Source: a virus
Length of the DNA: 64,000 bases
IMG/VR virus record: IMGVR_UViG_3300032397_000008
Span: 1 to 64,000 of that record
Strand: one strand, 5' to 3'
How positions within the stretch are numbered: the stretch's first letter is position 1; every line of letters begins with the position of its first letter. Below, in pieces: positions 1-10,417 of this stretch. A model generated the notes under the pieces. The model was not told where the DNA came from, did not search any database, and saw nothing but the letters and a program-made list of their open reading frames with translations. The position numbers and the translations under genes were made by a program.

Positions 1-1749
1 GCGGTTAGTAACAACCGGATGGTTCTGTCGTCGGTGCTTTCCGCTACCGTGGCCAGTGTCGCAGCGGAGGTATTTGACAAACGTATCGCTCTCATTCAAG
101 GTCAAACGGTAAACGATTCATATACGTCTCCCGATACCGAAACTGTTCTGTATGCAGTTCGTTTGAGCCGCACACCGATAATTGAAAGTTCTGTGGTGGT
201 GTCGGTTAATGACGAAGTCTGGGACTTGTATTTTAGTTTTGTGCAGGCACCGTCAGACGCAAATGCTTACGAGTTAAAGACTTATGCTACCGGTGAGACG
301 GTAGTAATTTTTGGAGATGGGGTCTACGGCAGGACGGTTCCTACCAACGCGATCATTCAAGTGACATACCGAATCGGAGGAGGCACCTCTGGTAACATTT
401 CTACGGGCTCTATTCAGACGTCTATAGTTGGGTTAGCAGCATCGCTATCGTTCCCGGTGACGGTTACCATCACCAACAACTATTCATCGGGTGTTGGCGG
501 GCGAGACGCCGAGACGCTGGAAGAGGCGCGGGTCAACATTCCATTCTATAGCAGGACGAATGATCGCGGTGTCACGTTGGATGACTATCAGACTTTAGCA
601 TCAAGTTACGTTAGTTCTATTTGGGGTTCAGTGGCATATGCACGGTCTACTGTGCGTAAGGAGAATTCTCTGTTAGAAGGCAACGTCGTGGTCATCTATG
701 CCTGGACGACCGGGTCTAGCGGTGGGCTGGTGAATCTTACTCCGCAGTTGAAACAGGCCCTTCGGGATTATCTCCAAACGAAGGCAATCGGTACCGACCA
801 GATTGAGATTTTCGACGGCACGGCCCGTCCGGCTCCAATTGCGTTTCGGTTTAAGACAATCGGTGGTCTTACGGTTAGTGACGTACAGAACCGGGTTGAG
901 ACCGTGCTGTCGAATATGATCACGTCTCTGAGACCTGGCCAGGCTATCGTGTACTCGGACATGGTTAGAATGATGGATGAAGTGTACGGGGTGGATACTG
1001 TGGACATGGCAACACCGGTGGCCGATCTGATTACGTCCAATACCATCGAACTGTTTACAAACCCATTGGTGGATTACACTTACGATGTAGACAGGGTTGG
1101 AGCGGGCGAGATAGTGAGCACTGCCGATGATGGTAACATCGGTTTGTACGTATCTCAGCTCCCAGTTTATCCTGTGCAGGCGTGGTGCGTTCGGATGTTT
1201 CTTGGATCAAACGAGCTGACGGTAGTTCCCAGCACAGTAGCGGGGTTTGCTGAACTCTATGGAGACAATGTCAGCACCAGTCAGGATGTCGAATCTGACA
1301 CTGTGAAGGCATTCGATCCGGAGCCAAGTTTGAACTTCAAGTCCACGATCGATCTTCAAAGCGGGCAGGTCAGGTTATGGCTCAAGGGAGCGCCGGGTGA
1401 TCTGACCATGAAGGTGGTTCCAGTTCAAGGATATCAGGTTAAACGTCCGATTGACATCTACATAGGTTACACCGGAGAGAACACTCAGATGAAGCGCCGC
1501 GAGATTAGGACTGCACTGCGAGCTTGGGCGGATGGTCTTCCAATCGGCGGTGACATGTACGCTATCGAGGTGCCGGGCGTTCTGTCATCTAAAACCAACG
1601 TGACTTCGGTCGTGTCCAGTATCAGTGACGTGGCATCGGTAAGCCGTGTTGCTTTGGATACTCCAGCCAACAATGAAGACAAAATCAATGCAGAGAGCTA
1701 TGAGGTTTTGACCCTCTCTAACATTGTCATAAACAATCAGCTGGTGTAG
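1..1749 (+). CDS. Baseplate wedge protein (T4 gp6-like), probably 5'-truncated by the window edge
   Basis: Motifs IFGDGVYGRTVP, VTYRIGGGTSGN, GGRDAETLEEARVN and RGVTLDDY are typical of gp6/baseplate J; the frame is open from base 1. Confidence 0.85.
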   Translation, partial: AVSNNRMVLSSVLSATVASVAAEVFDKRIALIQGQTVNDSYTSPDTETVLYAVRLSRTPIIESSVVVSVNDEVWDLYFSFVQAPSDANAYELKTYATGETVVIFGDGVYGRTVPTNAIIQVTYRIGGGTSGNISTGSIQTSIVGLAASLSFPVTVTITNNYSSGVGGRDAETLEEARVNIPFYSRTNDRGVTLDDYQTLASSYVSSIWGSVAYARSTVRKENSLLEGNVVVIYAWTTGSSGGLVNLTPQLKQALRDYLQTKAIGTDQIEIFDGTARPAPIAFRFKTIGGLTVSDVQNRVETVLSNMITSLRPGQAIVYSDMVRMMDEVYGVDTVDMATPVADLITSNTIELFTNPLVDYTYDVDRVGAGEIVSTADDGNIGLYVSQLPVYPVQAWCVRMFLGSNELTVVPSTVAGFAELYGDNVSTSQDVESDTVKAFDPEPSLNFKSTIDLQSGQVRLWLKGAPGDLTMKVVPVQGYQVKRPIDIYIGYTGENTQMKRREIRTALRAWADGLPIGGDMYAIEVPGVLSSKTNVTSVVSSISDVASVSRVALDTPANNEDKINAESYEVLTLSNIVINNQLV

Positions 1750-1758
1750 CGGTACTGA

Positions 1759-2541
1759 CTAGACTTCTGGTAACCAGTTTACCTCCGAGAGCAGGGGTAG
1801 AACCGGACGTTTGAAGTGACCCAACCAGTGAAACATGAATCCTGACCCCGGATGCTGTCCATTGGCCAGATAGGTATGAAATTCTTCAACCGTGGTGCCG
1901 GTGTACCACTCTGAGTCATAGTATCGGATAGGATTCGGTTCGGGCGGTGATTTCCATGCCTGGCTGACGTAATAGGAGTAAAATACGTCGTCTACCAGAG
2001 GCAATCCGGGCCAATTTTCGTGCAAGGTACGTAGGTCGTTTGCTTCTAAGCCGGCAATTTTTCGCAGCGTGTCAGCGCTCATTAAGTTACAAGGTCCCTC
2101 AGTGGGTCGGAAAGGTCCGTTGGCGAGCTGCCAGGTCTGCTCGTTTCCTTTGCCGATGTAGGTATCACCGTAGTTGGTATGAGTCAAGAATCGAGAACTG
2201 GTGAACACGGTATCACTGTCCGCCCGCATGACATAGTCAGTGGGTTGTAAGTTCACACCCATCGTGACCCACTTGTAGGCAAGAATCTGGTCGTAGATGC
2301 CTTCCCAGCTCCAATTGAATGTAACTCCGGTGAACGGGCCGGTCATAAGTGGTGTTGGGTGGAAAATACACTTGTAGCTGCTTAGAGCGTGGAACTGTTC
2401 TTTGGTGAAAGATCGGGTGGGATCGACGAACAGGAAAATCCCACCTATCTGGTTCCAAGCATGAAGTCGGGCCATGCTCTTTACGGATGCTAGAACAAAT
2501 TCGTAGTCCGGAGCGTGCGTGAAGGTAATACGGTAGATCAT
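1759..2541 (-). CDS. Glycosyltransferase-like protein (GT-A fold)
   Basis: DYVMRADSDT DxD motif and DDVF motif; ATGA overlap with the upstream gene. Confidence 0.6.
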   Translation of the reverse strand: MIYRITFTHAPDYEFVLASVKSMARLHAWNQIGGIFLFVDPTRSFTKEQFHALSSYKCIFHPTPLMTGPFTGVTFNWSWEGIYDQILAYKWVTMGVNLQPTDYVMRADSDTVFTSSRFLTHTNYGDTYIGKGNEQTWQLANGPFRPTEGPCNLMSADTLRKIAGLEANDLRTLHENWPGLPLVDDVFYSYYVSQAWKSPPEPNPIRYYDSEWYTGTTVEEFHTYLANGQHPGSGFMFHWLGHFKRPVLPLLSEVNWLPEV

Positions 2542-3176
2542 GACAGGATGAAAAACCCGTTTCCATTCGGTGTTCCGGCCCAGTTTTTCTTGATGAATCC
2601 GTGTTTGGTGTGGTAGAAGCTGATATGCCACCCGCTGCTGGTGAACAAGTCATGCCACCATTCGATGGGTTGACGAACTTTATGGGTAACGTCCATCTCA
2701 TAGGATGAGATGTTATATTTGGTACCGTCTCCCAAGGGTACGATGATATAGGCGTTCTGACCTGCATCTCTAAGATGTTTGACAACCGACGATAGCTCCG
2801 ACTGCTCGATATGTTCCAGCACGTCCTTGGCGATGATCCAATCCCATTTTGTTCTGGGCTTTGGAGGTAGGGGAAGGGTTTGACCGGGTTTTACGAGGGT
2901 AAGAAATTCCTTTACGTCCTCTGGTGCGTGATTGATGGCGTACTCGCTTATGTCTACTCCAAAAGCATCGAACCCCAACAGTCTGAATCCTTTGACTACG
3001 AATCCTTTGGAGCACCCGAAATCCAGGATCATTTCGTGTTGTTCAATGGCGCACAAGCGCACCATCTCATAGCACATGGGAATGGTCAGCTCGGGAATCC
3101 ACCGGTAATCGGTGTAGAGGCTCAGGCCGGTGGCGATGCCTCTCTCGAAATAGTTTTCGTTAAATGAATTCTGCAT
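2538..3176 (-). CDS. Class I SAM-dependent methyltransferase
   Basis: ILDFGCSKG, GVDISEYAI, DVLEHI. Confidence 0.9.
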   Translation of the reverse strand: MQNSFNENYFERGIATGLSLYTDYRWIPELTIPMCYEMVRLCAIEQHEMILDFGCSKGFVVKGFRLLGFDAFGVDISEYAINHAPEDVKEFLTLVKPGQTLPLPPKPRTKWDWIIAKDVLEHIEQSELSSVVKHLRDAGQNAYIIVPLGDGTKYNISSYEMDVTHKVRQPIEWWHDLFTSSGWHISFYHTKHGFIKKNWAGTPNGNGFFILS

Positions 3177-4494
3177 GTGTTATGGGTTTGCTTTGGAACC
3201 GTTTGTGTCCTATGCCGTGCGTTTTCCAGTCATCCAGCATATTGACATTGCGAGTGAACACGCAACCTGAGCAGCGAAGCTTCGGGTTGAACTGCATCTT
3301 GATTTCTCCGTCCAGGAACTTGAGAATATCATCGGCATGACAAATCTGATATTCTTTGGCAAAGTGTTGGTAGGAGTCATTCAGGACTACGCTGTCGCAT
3401 GGGTACACGGTTCCGGGCTGCCCGTTGGCATGGAACTTTTCCTCGCTCAGATAGGGACGGAAGTATGCCTGGTGGCAAATATCGCATGTGGGAACTTCAT
3501 GGATTTTATGCTGGTGGAAGAACCGGCTGTCTCCCAGTAGGGTAAGTGTTTTATCCATAGCCCTGTGCATCAGCAGTAATTCCCTTCGTTCTAATAAGCA
3601 GTTTGGCAGGAGCCGGACGTACACAGCACCTACTCGGTCAGCGATCTTGGCAGCTTTACGCAACACTTCAACCCGGTCAGTAGCATCCGTGCTCGATGTT
3701 GATTGGTGCTCGGTTGTGTAGATCATAGAGCATCCGACCGTGCATCCAGAATTCAATTTGTCTACAGGTAGAGTAATTTTCTCTTCCCACCCGTCAAACA
3801 TGTTAATACTGATTCTGACCCAGGAGAACATGCCCCATACGTCGTCGTCAACTCGTTGAGTCTGGGTTCCGTTGGTGATCAAGGCGATGGACAGTCTTCT
3901 TTGTTTCAACCATCGAACCAATTCGTTTATGCAGGGGTATAAGGTAGGTTCGCCACCCCCTGTTAGGATCACCGCTTTCAAGCCGCGGGTTTGGAGGTTT
4001 TCCACGTACTTTTTAATCGTATCCAGAGGAATACGGGAATGCGTGTCGCGATAAGTAACGGAACAAAATGGACAACGGAGATTGCACTGGCCTTCTGGGG
4101 AGACGTGAGTTGAGATCACGGAGTTGTTGGTACTGGTGAGGTAGGATTCCATTTGGCGTTGGTGCTGCCAGAACTTCGCGCCGGTTGAGGTGAACTTGTG
4201 TTCTAGTTCAGATGGGTCCATGCCGATTGGGTCTGTGATGTCCTCGCTACTGAATACGAAGGCAGAAGAGTAAGAGGTTCCATGGGCAACTCGGTCAAGG
4301 ACCAGACGAGCCGTTTCTGGTGTGAATGCTTTAGCTCGGCTGGAACCGTCTGATTGGATTTCTTCGTAGTGGTCCAAGGTATTCGTGATTTGGCTTCGAT
4401 AGGTCACGCGCACGACACAAATCTTACCTTCTTTCTCTACGGCTTTCATTATGCCGTGCCCGCCTGGGATGTTAATTGAGTACAGAGATTTCAT
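3160..4494 (-). CDS. Radical SAM protein with SPASM-like C-terminus
   Basis: CNLRCPFC, TGGGEPTL, ITNGT; C-terminal Cys motifs. Confidence 0.9.
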   Translation of the reverse strand: MKSLYSINIPGGHGIMKAVEKEGKICVVRVTYRSQITNTLDHYEEIQSDGSSRAKAFTPETARLVLDRVAHGTSYSSAFVFSSEDITDPIGMDPSELEHKFTSTGAKFWQHQRQMESYLTSTNNSVISTHVSPEGQCNLRCPFCSVTYRDTHSRIPLDTIKKYVENLQTRGLKAVILTGGGEPTLYPCINELVRWLKQRRLSIALITNGTQTQRVDDDVWGMFSWVRISINMFDGWEEKITLPVDKLNSGCTVGCSMIYTTEHQSTSSTDATDRVEVLRKAAKIADRVGAVYVRLLPNCLLERRELLLMHRAMDKTLTLLGDSRFFHQHKIHEVPTCDICHQAYFRPYLSEEKFHANGQPGTVYPCDSVVLNDSYQHFAKEYQICHADDILKFLDGEIKMQFNPKLRCSGCVFTRNVNMLDDWKTHGIGHKRFQSKPITHAEFI

Positions 4495-5111
4495 TACCAA
4501 TTGGGGGTACCGTCGGCTTCAAAGATTTGACCTACGAATCCCGTGTACTGAGTGTGAGGGGGAAACGGCACGGCATTGAAAGCACATCCGTGTTCCAGGC
4601 AGTCATGTTCGATTAGAGGGTATATGTTACCCATCAGGAAGTAGGCATCTTGCATACGGTCTACTTTGTTGGGGTGCTTTTCGATTAGTGCCTCCATATC
4701 AGGGATGACTCCGCCCTTGATACCCCACATGCCTCCGAACATTTGCCACATCTGATGATGAACATGGTCTCGCATGATATGCGCCTTCTTTCCAGAGGCG
4801 ATCCAGGCGTTTACCGCTGCTTGTTCACGGACGTTTAACCGGCTATCCAGGTCACGACAAATGATGCGCTCGGCGCTAGGGTCGGACGCTGCCAGAAACC
4901 TCCAGAACATGCCCGTGGTACCCTCGCTTTTCGGCATAGCGATAATCTCCGCCCCCTCGCTGATTAGCTCGGGTATGGCGGGGTGGCCTCCCTCCACGTA
5001 GATTCGGAGTTGCCATCCTGGATAGATGACGGGTGTTAGGCGACAGTTGGCAACCGCCCCCCGGACGTATTTTGGATTTTCTCCGTAGAGACTGGTTGAA
5101 ATCAGATTCAT
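4494..5111 (-). CDS. Conserved glycan-cluster protein (glycosyltransferase-like)
   Basis: ISTSLYGENPKY, GMFWRFL, RDLDSRL, MFGGMWG; paralogous to 8661-9533. Confidence 0.6.
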   Translation of the reverse strand: MNLISTSLYGENPKYVRGAVANCRLTPVIYPGWQLRIYVEGGHPAIPELISEGAEIIAMPKSEGTTGMFWRFLAASDPSAERIICRDLDSRLNVREQAAVNAWIASGKKAHIMRDHVHHQMWQMFGGMWGIKGGVIPDMEALIEKHPNKVDRMQDAYFLMGNIYPLIEHDCLEHGCAFNAVPFPPHTQYTGFVGQIFEADGTPNW

Positions 5112-5779
5112 GTCTTAATCCTTTCCATCCAAATACAACTGTCGGAGAATGGAGAAGTGGTTGTTTCGATCTTAAAGTATTCATGGGCACCGGCTCGGGC
5201 CAGGAGGTCTGGGTAGTCCTGCCATCCGAAGTTTTCGCCCATGAAAACGTAGCGATTGGATAGCTTCATCATGTTCTGGATGAACCGGAGCGCTTTGCCA
5301 TCTTCCAGGTGCATGGTGACCGCCTGGCAGTAGACCAGGTCAGCTGGATGGTCTACGAAGCTGTGTGCTCCAGGTTGGCTCATGTCGATAACCTTTAGCT
5401 GGTCGTGGAGACCGGGCATCAAGATGTCGTTATGCTGAGCGAAGAATTCCCGACCGAAGTCAATCTGATTTTGAGCGATGTCGCTGCCAGTGATACTCAA
5501 GTCGGGGAATACTTTGAAGATATTGCGAATGTTCCACCCAGCTCCGCACCCACATTCGTAGACAGTTTTGACGTTGGCCCGATGGATCAAAATCTGGTAG
5601 ATCAACTGCCGGATGTTTCGGCATAGGTTGACTGTGAAGTGTATGGTGTGGTCGTTCATTAGGAAGAAGTCGCCATCCTGAAGAAAGTAGGCGTACCCGT
5701 TTTGCTCGGAGGTGGTGTGTTCTTGTGCGTAACAGGCGGTGTATTCAGGCCAGTGGAAGTCGTCTCTTTCTTTAGGCAT
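5108..5779 (-). CDS. Class I SAM-dependent methyltransferase
   Basis: VYECGCGAGWN, GSDIA, QAVTMHL. Confidence 0.85.
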   Translation of the reverse strand: MPKERDDFHWPEYTACYAQEHTTSEQNGYAYFLQDGDFFLMNDHTIHFTVNLCRNIRQLIYQILIHRANVKTVYECGCGAGWNIRNIFKVFPDLSITGSDIAQNQIDFGREFFAQHNDILMPGLHDQLKVIDMSQPGAHSFVDHPADLVYCQAVTMHLEDGKALRFIQNMMKLSNRYVFMGENFGWQDYPDLLARAGAHEYFKIETTTSPFSDSCIWMERIKT

Positions 5780-5785
5780 ATGGTT

Positions 5786-6526
5786 CTAAGAACGTGGTTT
5801 TGCGGGTATTTTCAATAAAGCAGCTTTTACTGGGTTCGGGGCACAAGTTCCGTAGACAAACTCAGGGAAGCTGCCGTCCCCTCGGCATTCGTAAGTGTGT
5901 ACTTCTGCTTCCTGTCCCAGGTAGTGAGGAAATACTAGTGCGTACATCCCTAGCATGTGCAGCATAAGGTAGGTTCTGATTTCGCTCCAATGGTAGTGTC
6001 GGGTTACAATATCCCAGGCTGGGTTTATGATTTGTCTGCCTGCACGAAGTAGCTCATAAGCAATCCGAGCGTCGCATCCAGACTGCCCCATGCTGAAATC
6101 ATCGTTATTGCCACTGATGTCTAGCGGCACTTTGAACACCCAGGTGTCAAAAGACCCTCTTACGTAAAAAGGGTGCCAGTCATGATCGTACTCGAACCAC
6201 CTAGTCAGGCAGGCAGCGTAGACATTCCAGTCGATTTCATCAAGCTTCGCTACAGTTTTATCGAACACAATGTCAGTGTTCGCAAAAATGCACACTCGGC
6301 CGGATAGCAGCGAGTTGATTATGCCAACAGTCTGATTGAATTTGATGCGCTCAAGAAGCGGCACTTTGATTAGTTTGGGATGGTCTACTTGAGGGGCGTC
6401 TGGATGGTTAAGGAGAACGATGGTGTCAATCAGAGGGTTCTCCAGGTTTTCCGATAATGCCTCGTTAAGTTCTTTCTGCCGTTCAGGAATTGCTTTCCAC
6501 CATTCTATGACAAGCGGGTAGGTCAT
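5786..6526 (-). CDS. Glycosyltransferase-like hypothetical protein
   Basis: IFANTDIVFD, SFDTWVF, MGQSGCDARIAY; lies inside the glycan operon. Confidence 0.5.
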   Translation of the reverse strand: MTYPLVIEWWKAIPERQKELNEALSENLENPLIDTIVLLNHPDAPQVDHPKLIKVPLLERIKFNQTVGIINSLLSGRVCIFANTDIVFDKTVAKLDEIDWNVYAACLTRWFEYDHDWHPFYVRGSFDTWVFKVPLDISGNNDDFSMGQSGCDARIAYELLRAGRQIINPAWDIVTRHYHWSEIRTYLMLHMLGMYALVFPHYLGQEAEVHTYECRGDGSFPEFVYGTCAPNPVKAALLKIPAKPRS

Positions 6527-7293
6527 TTCCAGATGAGTAGTTTGTTGGGGTCTCGAACGGAGACGGGCTTGGTGTCGCTTTCGTCATTTAACATCAGCAT
6601 GCCTGGTTTAAGGGAGCGAATTTTATCGAATGGTATATTTTCAAATCGCCATAAGTGAGTGATAAAATTGTAGAGCATGTATCCTCTCGCCGATCCGGCG
6701 ATTACCAGGTTTATGTATGCTTCTTGCACAGGTATCGTGCATTCTGAGAAAGCATAATTGCTGATGACCAGGTCATACGTTTCGGGAACAAGTTCTTCTT
6801 GTGTCTTAAACTTAAGATTTGGCACCGAGAATTCGCTGAGAAACTTTTTCGTAAGGGCCAGGGGCTCCGGCAGGTCAATCAACGTGTACTCGGCTGGGTG
6901 GAAAACATCGTGGATGATTTTGCATTGTCCACCGTATCCTACTCCAATTTCGGCGATTTTGAATTTATCTAAGCTGGTGAAGTGCTTTATCAGGTCGGAC
7001 AGTATCTTGATGTAACGTAGTGTGGTTGGACAGATAACCCCGATCTTAGGGTATCCCGAGACATTTGGATACCCGACTTGCTCGCTGGTTTTGAATGCCG
7101 TCAAGTGATTCCATAGTGCGGGGTTGTCCCGGTCGATACATTCAATCATGTCTTGCCCCTGCTCTTGGTTCACACTTTCGAATACGCCGCAGTAGAGTTC
7201 ATTACGTCGAAACGACTGGAACACTTCTGGATAGATTGCCGCCTGGGAACAGAATGTTCGATAGGTGGGGTGGTCTGAGATGCCGGTTGTCAT
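6523..7293 (-). CDS. Putative sugar O-methyltransferase
   Basis: TTLRYIK, IAEIGVGYGGQ, YDLVISNYAFSEC. Confidence 0.8.
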   Translation of the reverse strand: MTTGISDHPTYRTFCSQAAIYPEVFQSFRRNELYCGVFESVNQEQGQDMIECIDRDNPALWNHLTAFKTSEQVGYPNVSGYPKIGVICPTTLRYIKILSDLIKHFTSLDKFKIAEIGVGYGGQCKIIHDVFHPAEYTLIDLPEPLALTKKFLSEFSVPNLKFKTQEELVPETYDLVISNYAFSECTIPVQEAYINLVIAGSARGYMLYNFITHLWRFENIPFDKIRSLKPGMLMLNDESDTKPVSVRDPNKLLIWK

Positions 7294-8069
7294 AGCCTGA
7301 ATACTAGCCCCTGGTGATCATCGCCTGTGTACCATCGGCAGCGGTTACCAGGTTCAAATTCTACGTCGTCATGGGGTCCATATTTGTCTTCCACGTTGGG
7401 ACTGAATATCTTTGGCACTTGACCCAAAATTCCCGCCCACAGGCTGAATGTAGAATTGGCACGGTAGAGGATGTCGGAGTTGTAGAGAGTCATGAAGTCT
7501 GGTAGCCAGGCAAGCTCCGGCGGCACTTTGGTAGTTTGAACTGCTTTGTTTTCTTCTACCCAGACTATCGGTGCGTCAGGGGTGTTCTTTTGGATGGCAC
7601 GTAGGTAGCAGTTTTTGTCAATGTTGCAAAAAGTGCCCGAATACAGCGACAGATAGTCACCTTGGCGAAGGTGGCAAGCAGCATAGTAATCAGGAGATTT
7701 GGGAAACATCTGCTTGAATTCTGGCTTTAAAGTAAACCACTCCCTGGCTTTAGACGTGGATACAAACCCAGACGTATAGGAAGTCTGGAAATATCCAAAT
7801 AGATCAACGTTGGTTGGGAATGTCTCCGGCGGAACGTTTTTCAAATGTCCTTCTGGGCACGACGGCTTACAGCACGACAAGGGGGCATCGTTGAGACCGA
7901 ACAAAACTTGGCCAAACCACGGCGGGGTTTCTAATGCAGCGCCCAGTATCTCAGCGTATGTTCTGGCGAAAGCGTACTGAAATAACTGATTTCCTGTGCG
8001 TCCGAATTTGCCAAGGCACGATATTTGTACTATTCCATTCATGCGTTCGATAATGTGGGTTGCGGGCAA
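7290..8069 (-). CDS. Alpha-1,2-fucosyltransferase-like protein (GT11)
   Basis: GRTGNQLFQYA, GYFQ, HLRQGDY and ANSTFSLWAG match GT11 motifs. Confidence 0.85.
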   Translation of the reverse strand: MPATHIIERMNGIVQISCLGKFGRTGNQLFQYAFARTYAEILGAALETPPWFGQVLFGLNDAPLSCCKPSCPEGHLKNVPPETFPTNVDLFGYFQTSYTSGFVSTSKAREWFTLKPEFKQMFPKSPDYYAACHLRQGDYLSLYSGTFCNIDKNCYLRAIQKNTPDAPIVWVEENKAVQTTKVPPELAWLPDFMTLYNSDILYRANSTFSLWAGILGQVPKIFSPNVEDKYGPHDDVEFEPGNRCRWYTGDDHQGLVFRL

Positions 8070-8686
8070 GACATAGCGAGCGACCCTTGTCGGCGGTCGT
8101 GAATGAATGGCGAGGGGTCTACCACGGCGAATTTGTATCGTTCGTGAAGCAGCACATCAGTGGGTTGGCCCTCGTAAGGCAGATCTAAAAATAGGGCAGT
8201 ATCGGCTTGACGGATTAGGTAGGCAAGCGCCCCGACGCACCATATGCCGCTTGATTTTTTGGCGGCTTGAAGCTGACACGGACCGTAGAGTGGTCTGGGT
8301 GAGAAGTCCGATTGAAACCATTCTCGACCGTGCAGGGACACGACTTCGAACTCCCCCAGGTGTTCCGCGGCTCGGTTGACCACTATTTTCCAATCGGGCA
8401 TAGCAAACCCGGTATCATCCTCAAGTACCAAGGCAATCGGTTTGATCAGTTGTTTTAGCGCATCCTGGTGCCCCTTGAAGTTGCGCATGAATCCGGTATG
8501 ATTGACTACCAGACCGCAGAAGTCTGATCTGGGTTTGAAATCCTTGGGTAGATCGTAATCCGTAGTCCAGCACATGGTGTGAAGAGTCTGTTCAAACTCT
8601 TCATTCTCCAGAATGAGAGGACGACGATGATGGGTGGCTACGACCAGAATTTGGATGTCGTCACGCAGCATAGTAATAGGCGGCAA
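8039..8686 (-). CDS. GT25-like glycosyltransferase
   Basis: H...ALVLEDD, GALAYLI, PTD motif; the start may be 8671. Confidence 0.6.
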   Translation of the reverse strand: MPPITMLRDDIQILVVATHHRRPLILENEEFEQTLHTMCWTTDYDLPKDFKPRSDFCGLVVNHTGFMRNFKGHQDALKQLIKPIALVLEDDTGFAMPDWKIVVNRAAEHLGEFEVVSLHGREWFQSDFSPRPLYGPCQLQAAKKSSGIWCVGALAYLIRQADTALFLDLPYEGQPTDVLLHERYKFAVVDPSPFIHDRRQGSLAMSCPQPTLSNA

Positions 8687-9533
8687 TGTCGGGGTGGTCG
8701 ATGAACAGTTTTTTGAGTTTTGCGGTGTCTGGTGTTTCGATTCGTTCCATCATAGATACGACTTCCTTTCGAAGTTCGCCGATAGGTTTGCCAGAGAATC
8801 CTGGAAATTCACCGTAATTTGATAGGGTAGGCGGCTCGGTTATTTCGAACAAGGCGGGAGGAACGTCACTCATGTCCACTGCTTCATAGCGCAAGTCCGG
8901 CAGCATGTTCCAGTGGACGCTCAACGGTTTGGCAGTGCAGATAGGGGTATCGAGGATATCGCCAAGTCGTGCTCCGAAGAGCATGTTGAGAAGTTCCTGA
9001 TCACCTCCGAATGCTCCTTCCTTGTAGTTTTTGGTGATCGTGTTGTACTCTTCCAGCATGTCGTCAAAGGTGCCCCATCGGGCACGGATGTCGTCCATAC
9101 CGGCGTTTCTGAACCCGCATAAGCCCGCCATCAGGAGACAAGTATGCAGGTGGTAGCTGCGCATGCCGTGAATGGGTAGGTCGGTTTCTAGCCAAGCTCT
9201 GACCGCAACGACTTCCTGGCGAATCGGAACGGCATCACAGTCTCTCGATAGGAATATGTCTACAGACGGATCCCAAAAGGGTCTCAGTCTCCAGATACTA
9301 GGTTCTTTGCCGGGGTAGGGTCCAGGCACCATAATGCACTCAAATACGTCTGGCCAGACCTCGGTCATGATATCAAGAAGGCGGGCTTGAGGATGTCCTT
9401 CAACGTCGTAAGATGCGTACAATCTAATTCCAAAGTCTTTGAACGCTATCCTGTTGGCTAGGAAAGATGCTAGGAATGTGCGCCAGTAACGTTCTTCGGT
9501 GCCATAGAGACACATGGATATGATTCGGTTCAT
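8661..9533 (-). CDS. Glycan-cluster protein, paralog of 4494-5111
   Basis: IISMCLYG, IWRLRP, SRDCDA, LMAGLCG, GGDQELL. Confidence 0.55.
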   Translation of the reverse strand: MNRIISMCLYGTEERYWRTFLASFLANRIAFKDFGIRLYASYDVEGHPQARLLDIMTEVWPDVFECIMVPGPYPGKEPSIWRLRPFWDPSVDIFLSRDCDAVPIRQEVVAVRAWLETDLPIHGMRSYHLHTCLLMAGLCGFRNAGMDDIRARWGTFDDMLEEYNTITKNYKEGAFGGDQELLNMLFGARLGDILDTPICTAKPLSVHWNMLPDLRYEAVDMSDVPPALFEITEPPTLSNYGEFPGFSGKPIGELRKEVVSMMERIETPDTAKLKKLFIDHPDIAAYYYAA

Positions 9534-9589
9534 GTTATTAGTGATTGACGGGTAGGCAGCGCTGTGTCATCCTTATGTAAGAACGGAAT

Positions 9590-10417
9590 ATGAGAACTGA
9601 TCTCTTGAAACAGTTGCTGGCAGTACAAACTCACCACGGCGACGAGTACCGAGTGATCTGTTTCTTGATAAATTATGCTCGGGTTGAATCACACGGCATC
9701 AAGGCGCACGTAGACGATTTCGGAAATGTTTACTTTGTCAAAGGTATTCCCGAAGACGGTGGATTCTACCCCTGCGTCTGCGCTCATACGGATTCCGTTC
9801 ATCACATTCTACCGCATCCAGTTGTGATCAAGGAGCATAACAGTCTCCTTTTCGCGATTGATTCTCACAATCAACCGACTGGGTGCGGTGGAGATGACAA
9901 GGCCGGTATCTTCATCTGCCTAGAGTTGTTTGAGAAGCTGAGTGTGTTGAAAGGGGTGTTCTTCGTTTCGGAGGAAATTTTCTGTGCGGGGTCTCGGCAC
10001 AGTGACCCGGAATTCTTCTCAGACGTTGGATATGTCTTCGAATTCGACTCTCCGTGCAACGATATTCTTACCTATACCTGCGATGGCACTCAATTGTTTG
10101 AAGATGATGGACAGTTTATTACCAAGCTCTTGCCAATACTCAATAAGCATGGTGTGACAAAATGGCAACGGCATCCTTATACGGACGTATCGGTCTTAAA
10201 GCGCCGGCATCCGTTTTCTTGTATCAATTTACCGGCTGGATATTTTCGTATGCACAGTACGTTTGAATACGTCAGTTTGGTGGCGGTGGAAAATTCGATC
10301 GCTTTGGGAGAAGCAGCGATTCGCACGCTAGGTAACCTTTGCTACACTTATTCCCGGGATGATCGTGGTAAATCCCCTCTCCACGAAGTGACACTTTTAC
10401 AGACTCACGACGTTTAA
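9590..10417 (+). CDS. M20/M28-family zinc peptidase
   Basis: AHTDSV, GGDDKAG, SEEI, EFD and C-terminal H metal ligands. Confidence 0.85.
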   Translation: MRTDLLKQLLAVQTHHGDEYRVICFLINYARVESHGIKAHVDDFGNVYFVKGIPEDGGFYPCVCAHTDSVHHILPHPVVIKEHNSLLFAIDSHNQPTGCGGDDKAGIFICLELFEKLSVLKGVFFVSEEIFCAGSRHSDPEFFSDVGYVFEFDSPCNDILTYTCDGTQLFEDDGQFITKLLPILNKHGVTKWQRHPYTDVSVLKRRHPFSCINLPAGYFRMHSTFEYVSLVAVENSIALGEAAIRTLGNLCYTYSRDDRGKSPLHEVTLLQTHDV

